A DNA stretch of 64,000 nucleotides, taken from assembly GCF_035084215.1 (NCBI RefSeq), contig NC_090340.1, positions 14,880,001 through 14,944,000 of the forward strand, in the 5' to 3' direction. The DNA is from Heptranchias perlo. Taxonomy: Eukaryota. The notes beneath the pieces are model-generated. The model was given only the letters and a program-made list of their open reading frames with translations. It ran no database searches and had not been told where the DNA came from. The first letter of the stretch is position 1, and each line of letters starts with the position of its first letter. Positions 60,526 through 64,000 of this stretch are shown here, one piece after another. The position numbers and the translations under genes were made by a program.

Positions 60526-63500
60526 AGTGCTAATACTCCCTAAGTTCAAATATTGGAGGTGGTAACGTGCAGTGCTTACAATAGAGGAGCCAACGCTGTG
60601 ATAATGCTAACATACAGATGTCCACAGAAAGCACATATCTTGTCTGCTGACTGGAACAGGGCGGCATGTTTTCCTACTTCTCTTCTTTATGAGGAGGGAG
60701 CTCCGTGAAGTTACGCTGAAATGTGTTAAATTTGCTTGAGCTGTCACTGGTCAGTATGAGCACACTCTTATCGAAGGCAGACCTGAACTTTGTAGCAAGC
60801 TGAACAGAACGTCGTCCTGCCATTTTGTGCATTCCAGGCACAATTATTCAGAGAGCCTTAATGTGGCGGCAATAACAACAATAACTTACATTTATACAGC
60901 ACTTTTAACGTAGGAAAACGTCCTAATGCGGTTCACCGGAGTGTAATCAGGTAAAAATTGACACCAAGGCAAAGAAAGAGATATCAGGATGAGTGACCAA
61001 GCGCTTGATTAAAGAGGTGGTGTCAGAGTATGGTTCGAGCCACAAGTAAGTTCAACACTAGTGAGCTCAGACAAGGCACAGCGCTAACACTCCCGAGTTC
61101 AGACAATGCACAGCGCTAACACGCGTGAGTTCGGACAAGACACAACGCCACACTCGTGAGTTCAGATAACACATAGTGCTAACAGTTCTGTGTTCCAACA
61201 AGGCACAGCGCTAACATTCTAGATCTCAGTTAAGACACAGCGCAATCACTTGTGCGTTCAGGAAACGCACAGTGCTAACACTTCCGAGTTCAGACAAGGT
61301 GCAGCGCTAACACTCGTGATTTCAGACAAGGCATTAGCCAAATGCTTATGAGTTCAGATAACGCACAGCGCTAGCACCACCTTGTTCAGACAAAGCACAG
61401 CACTCACACTTGTGAAATCAGACAAGGCACAGCACGGCAGTAACACTGCTGAGTTCAGACAACACACACCGCTAACGGTCTTGATCTTAGAAACTACACA
61501 GCGCTATCACTACTGCGTTTAGAAAATGCACAGCGCTAACACTCGTGAGTTCAGACAAGGCACGGCATGGCACTAACAATCCTACGTTCAGACAAGGCAC
61601 AGGGCGAACAGTTGTGAGAACAGACAAGGCACGGCGTTACAGTCGTGCGTTCAGATAACTCACAGAGTTAACATTCCCGAGTTGAGACAAGGCACAGCAC
61701 TAACACTCGTGAGTTCAGAAAATGCACAACCCCTACGCTCGTTAGTTTGGACAAGACACAATGCTAATACTTCTGAGTTCCGACAAGGAACAACGCTAAC
61801 ACCCCCGAGTTCGGAGAAGGCACAGCGCTAACACTTCTAAGTTCTGACAAAGCACAGCACGAACACCCCGAGCTCAAATAATGCACAATGCTAACACTCG
61901 TGAGTTCAGACAGGTCACAGCGCTAAAACTCGTGAGTTCAGACAGGTCACTGCGCTAACACTCGTGAGTTCAGACAAGGCACAGGGCTAACACTCCAGAG
62001 CTCAGAAAACGCGCAACGTCAACATTTGTGAGTTCAGACAAGTTACAGGACTAACACTTGGGAGTTCAGACACGTCACAACAATAAAACTCCTGAGTTCA
62101 GACAAGGAACAGTCCTAATACTCCCCAAGTTCTAATATTGGAGGTGGTAACGTGCAGTGCTTAGAGTAGAGGGGCCAATACTGTGATAATGCTAACACAC
62201 AAATGCTCACAGAAAGCACATATCTTGTCTGGTGACTGGGACAGGCGTCATGTTTTCCTATTTTTCTTCTTTATGAGGAGGGATCTCAGTGAAGTTACGC
62301 TGAAATGTGTTAAATTTGCCTCAACAGTCACTGGTCAGTATGAGCACAGTCCTGTGTTGAGAGACTATCAAAGACAGCTTTGTAACAAGCTGGACACTAC
62401 CTCGTCCTGCCATCTTGTGCATTCCATGCACAGTTATTCAGAAAGCCTTAATTCAGAGAGCAACAACAACAACTTACATTTATATAGCACCTTTAACATA
62501 GGAAATTGTCCCATTGCGCTTCACAGAAGTGTAATCGGATAAAAATCAACACCAAGAGAAAGAAGGAGATATCAGGATGGGGGACCAAGAACTTGATTAA
62601 AGCGATAGTGTAGGGGTATGGTTCGAGCCCTATGTGAGTTCAACACTCCTGCGTTCAGACAGGGCACAAGGCTAACACTCATCAGTTAATATAATGCACA
62701 ACGCTAACACCATGAGCTTGGAGAAGAGACAACACGCGTGTCTTGTCCGAACTCACGCGTGTTAGCGCTGTGCATTGTCTGAACTCGGGAGTGTTAGCGC
62801 TGTGCCTTGTCTGAGCTCACTAGTGTTGAACTTACTTGTGGCTCGAACCATACTCTGACACCACCTCTTTAATCAAGCGCTTGGTCACTCATCCTGATAT
62901 CTCTTTCTTTGCCTTGGTGTCAATTTTTACCCGTCTGTGTTTAGACAAGGACAGCGCAAACACTCCCGAGTTCAAACAAGGCAAAACGCTAACACTCCCG
63001 AGTTCAAACAAGGCATAGCACCAACATTCGTGAATTCAGTTAATGCACAGCGCTAATAGTCGTAAGTTCAAACAAGGCATAGCGCATCACTCGTGATTTC
63101 AGACAAAGCGTGGCATTAACACTTGTGAGTTCAGATAATGCACAGCGCGAACATTCCCGGGTTCAGACAAGGCACAGAACTAATATTCGTGAGTTCCCAC
63201 AAGACATGCCGCTACAATTAATGAGTTCAGATAACACAGAGCGCGAACACTCTTGGGTTCATTATAATGCTTACTGCTAATAGTCCTGAGTTTAGACAAG
63301 GCACAATGCGAACATTCCTAATCTGACAATTCACAGCGCTATCACTCGTACGTTCAGATAAGGCACAGCACTAACATTCCCAAGTTCAGACAAGACACAA
63401 GGTTAACAGTTGTGAGTTCAGACAAGGCACTGCGCGAACACTCGTCGGTTCAGATAAGGCACAGCACTAACATTCCCAAGTTCAGACAAGACACAAGGTT

Positions 63501-63890
63501 AACAGTTGTGAGTTCAGACAAGGCACTGCGCTAACACTCGTGAGCTCAGTGAAATTACGCTGAAACGTGTTAAATTTGCCTCAACAGACACTGGCAGGAT
63601 GAGCATCTCCTGTGTTGAGATACTATCTAAGGCAGACCTGAACTTTGTAGCAAGCTGGGCAGAACCTCATCCTGGCATCTTGTGCATTCCAGGCACAGTT
63701 ATTCAGAAAGCCTTAATGTGGCAGCAACAACAGCTTACATTTTTATAGCACCTTTAACTAGGAAAATGTCCAATGCACTTCACAGGAGTGTAATCAGATA
63801 AAAATCGACACCAAGGCAAAGAAGCAGGTATCAGGATGGGTGACCATTATGAAAGTGAAGGTGTGGAAGTATGGTTCAAGCCCCATGAAG
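60521..63890 (+). repeat. Compound satellite: ~530-bp spacer blocks (with an inverted L2 tail) alternating with arrays of a 32-bp unit
   Basis: Unit about CGCTAACACTCGTGAGTTCAGACAAGGCACAG. Arrays at about 61050-62125 and 62635-63548. Spacer blocks at about 60521-61050, 62110-62640 and (partial) 63545-63890. Confidence 0.9.
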
Positions 63891-64000
63891 TCAAGTAGCC
63901 AATAAGGCGCTGCTCCGCCTGGGTCTACGTAAGAATGGGAACTGAGCTAACTAAGTTCAGGAGAACAATAACGGTCTGACGAGCTAAGGTAAGGATGGAT

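Noticed and set aside
61050-62125. RSS-like CACAGCG/CACAGTG...ACAAGGCAC within the satellite unit
   Set aside because: The spacer is 19 nt rather than 12 or 23, and the nonamer match is poor.
61050-63548. CRISPR array
   Set aside because: Units are contiguous, degenerate 32-mers with no unique spacers and no cas genes, and the context is eukaryotic.

Overview
Eukaryotic, repeat-rich vertebrate DNA, most consistent with a cartilaginous fish (inferred from the CR1/L2/Penelope/Deu-SINE mix and the Ig-receptor type). All exon models, translations and alignments were done by eye. The host genes form a small cluster of non-rearranging Ig-superfamily receptors with a germline-joined V(J) domain, a C1-set domain, a TM segment and a SIRP-alpha-like multi-ITIM tail. 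Gene A (+, 465-5249; V exon outside the window) is frameshifted. Gene B (-, 35973-44022) has a nearly complete exon set with one 1-nt frameshift in C1. Gene C (-, about 31975-32263) is a truncated V exon. About 10 kb is GC/CpG-rich PIF/Harbinger DNA transposon. One 4169-bp copy has TIRs, a CAT TSD and two intact convergent genes (3-exon Myb/SANT protein and DDE transposase), and sits inside a Penelope element. A second copy is nested in a third. Other notable structures: a perfect 207-bp palindrome (46948-47154) with a 12-bp TSD and two opposed minimal hammerhead-ribozyme motifs; a near-intact LINE ORF2 in gene B's V-C1 intron; and a compound 32-bp satellite containing an exact 194-bp inverted templated insertion.
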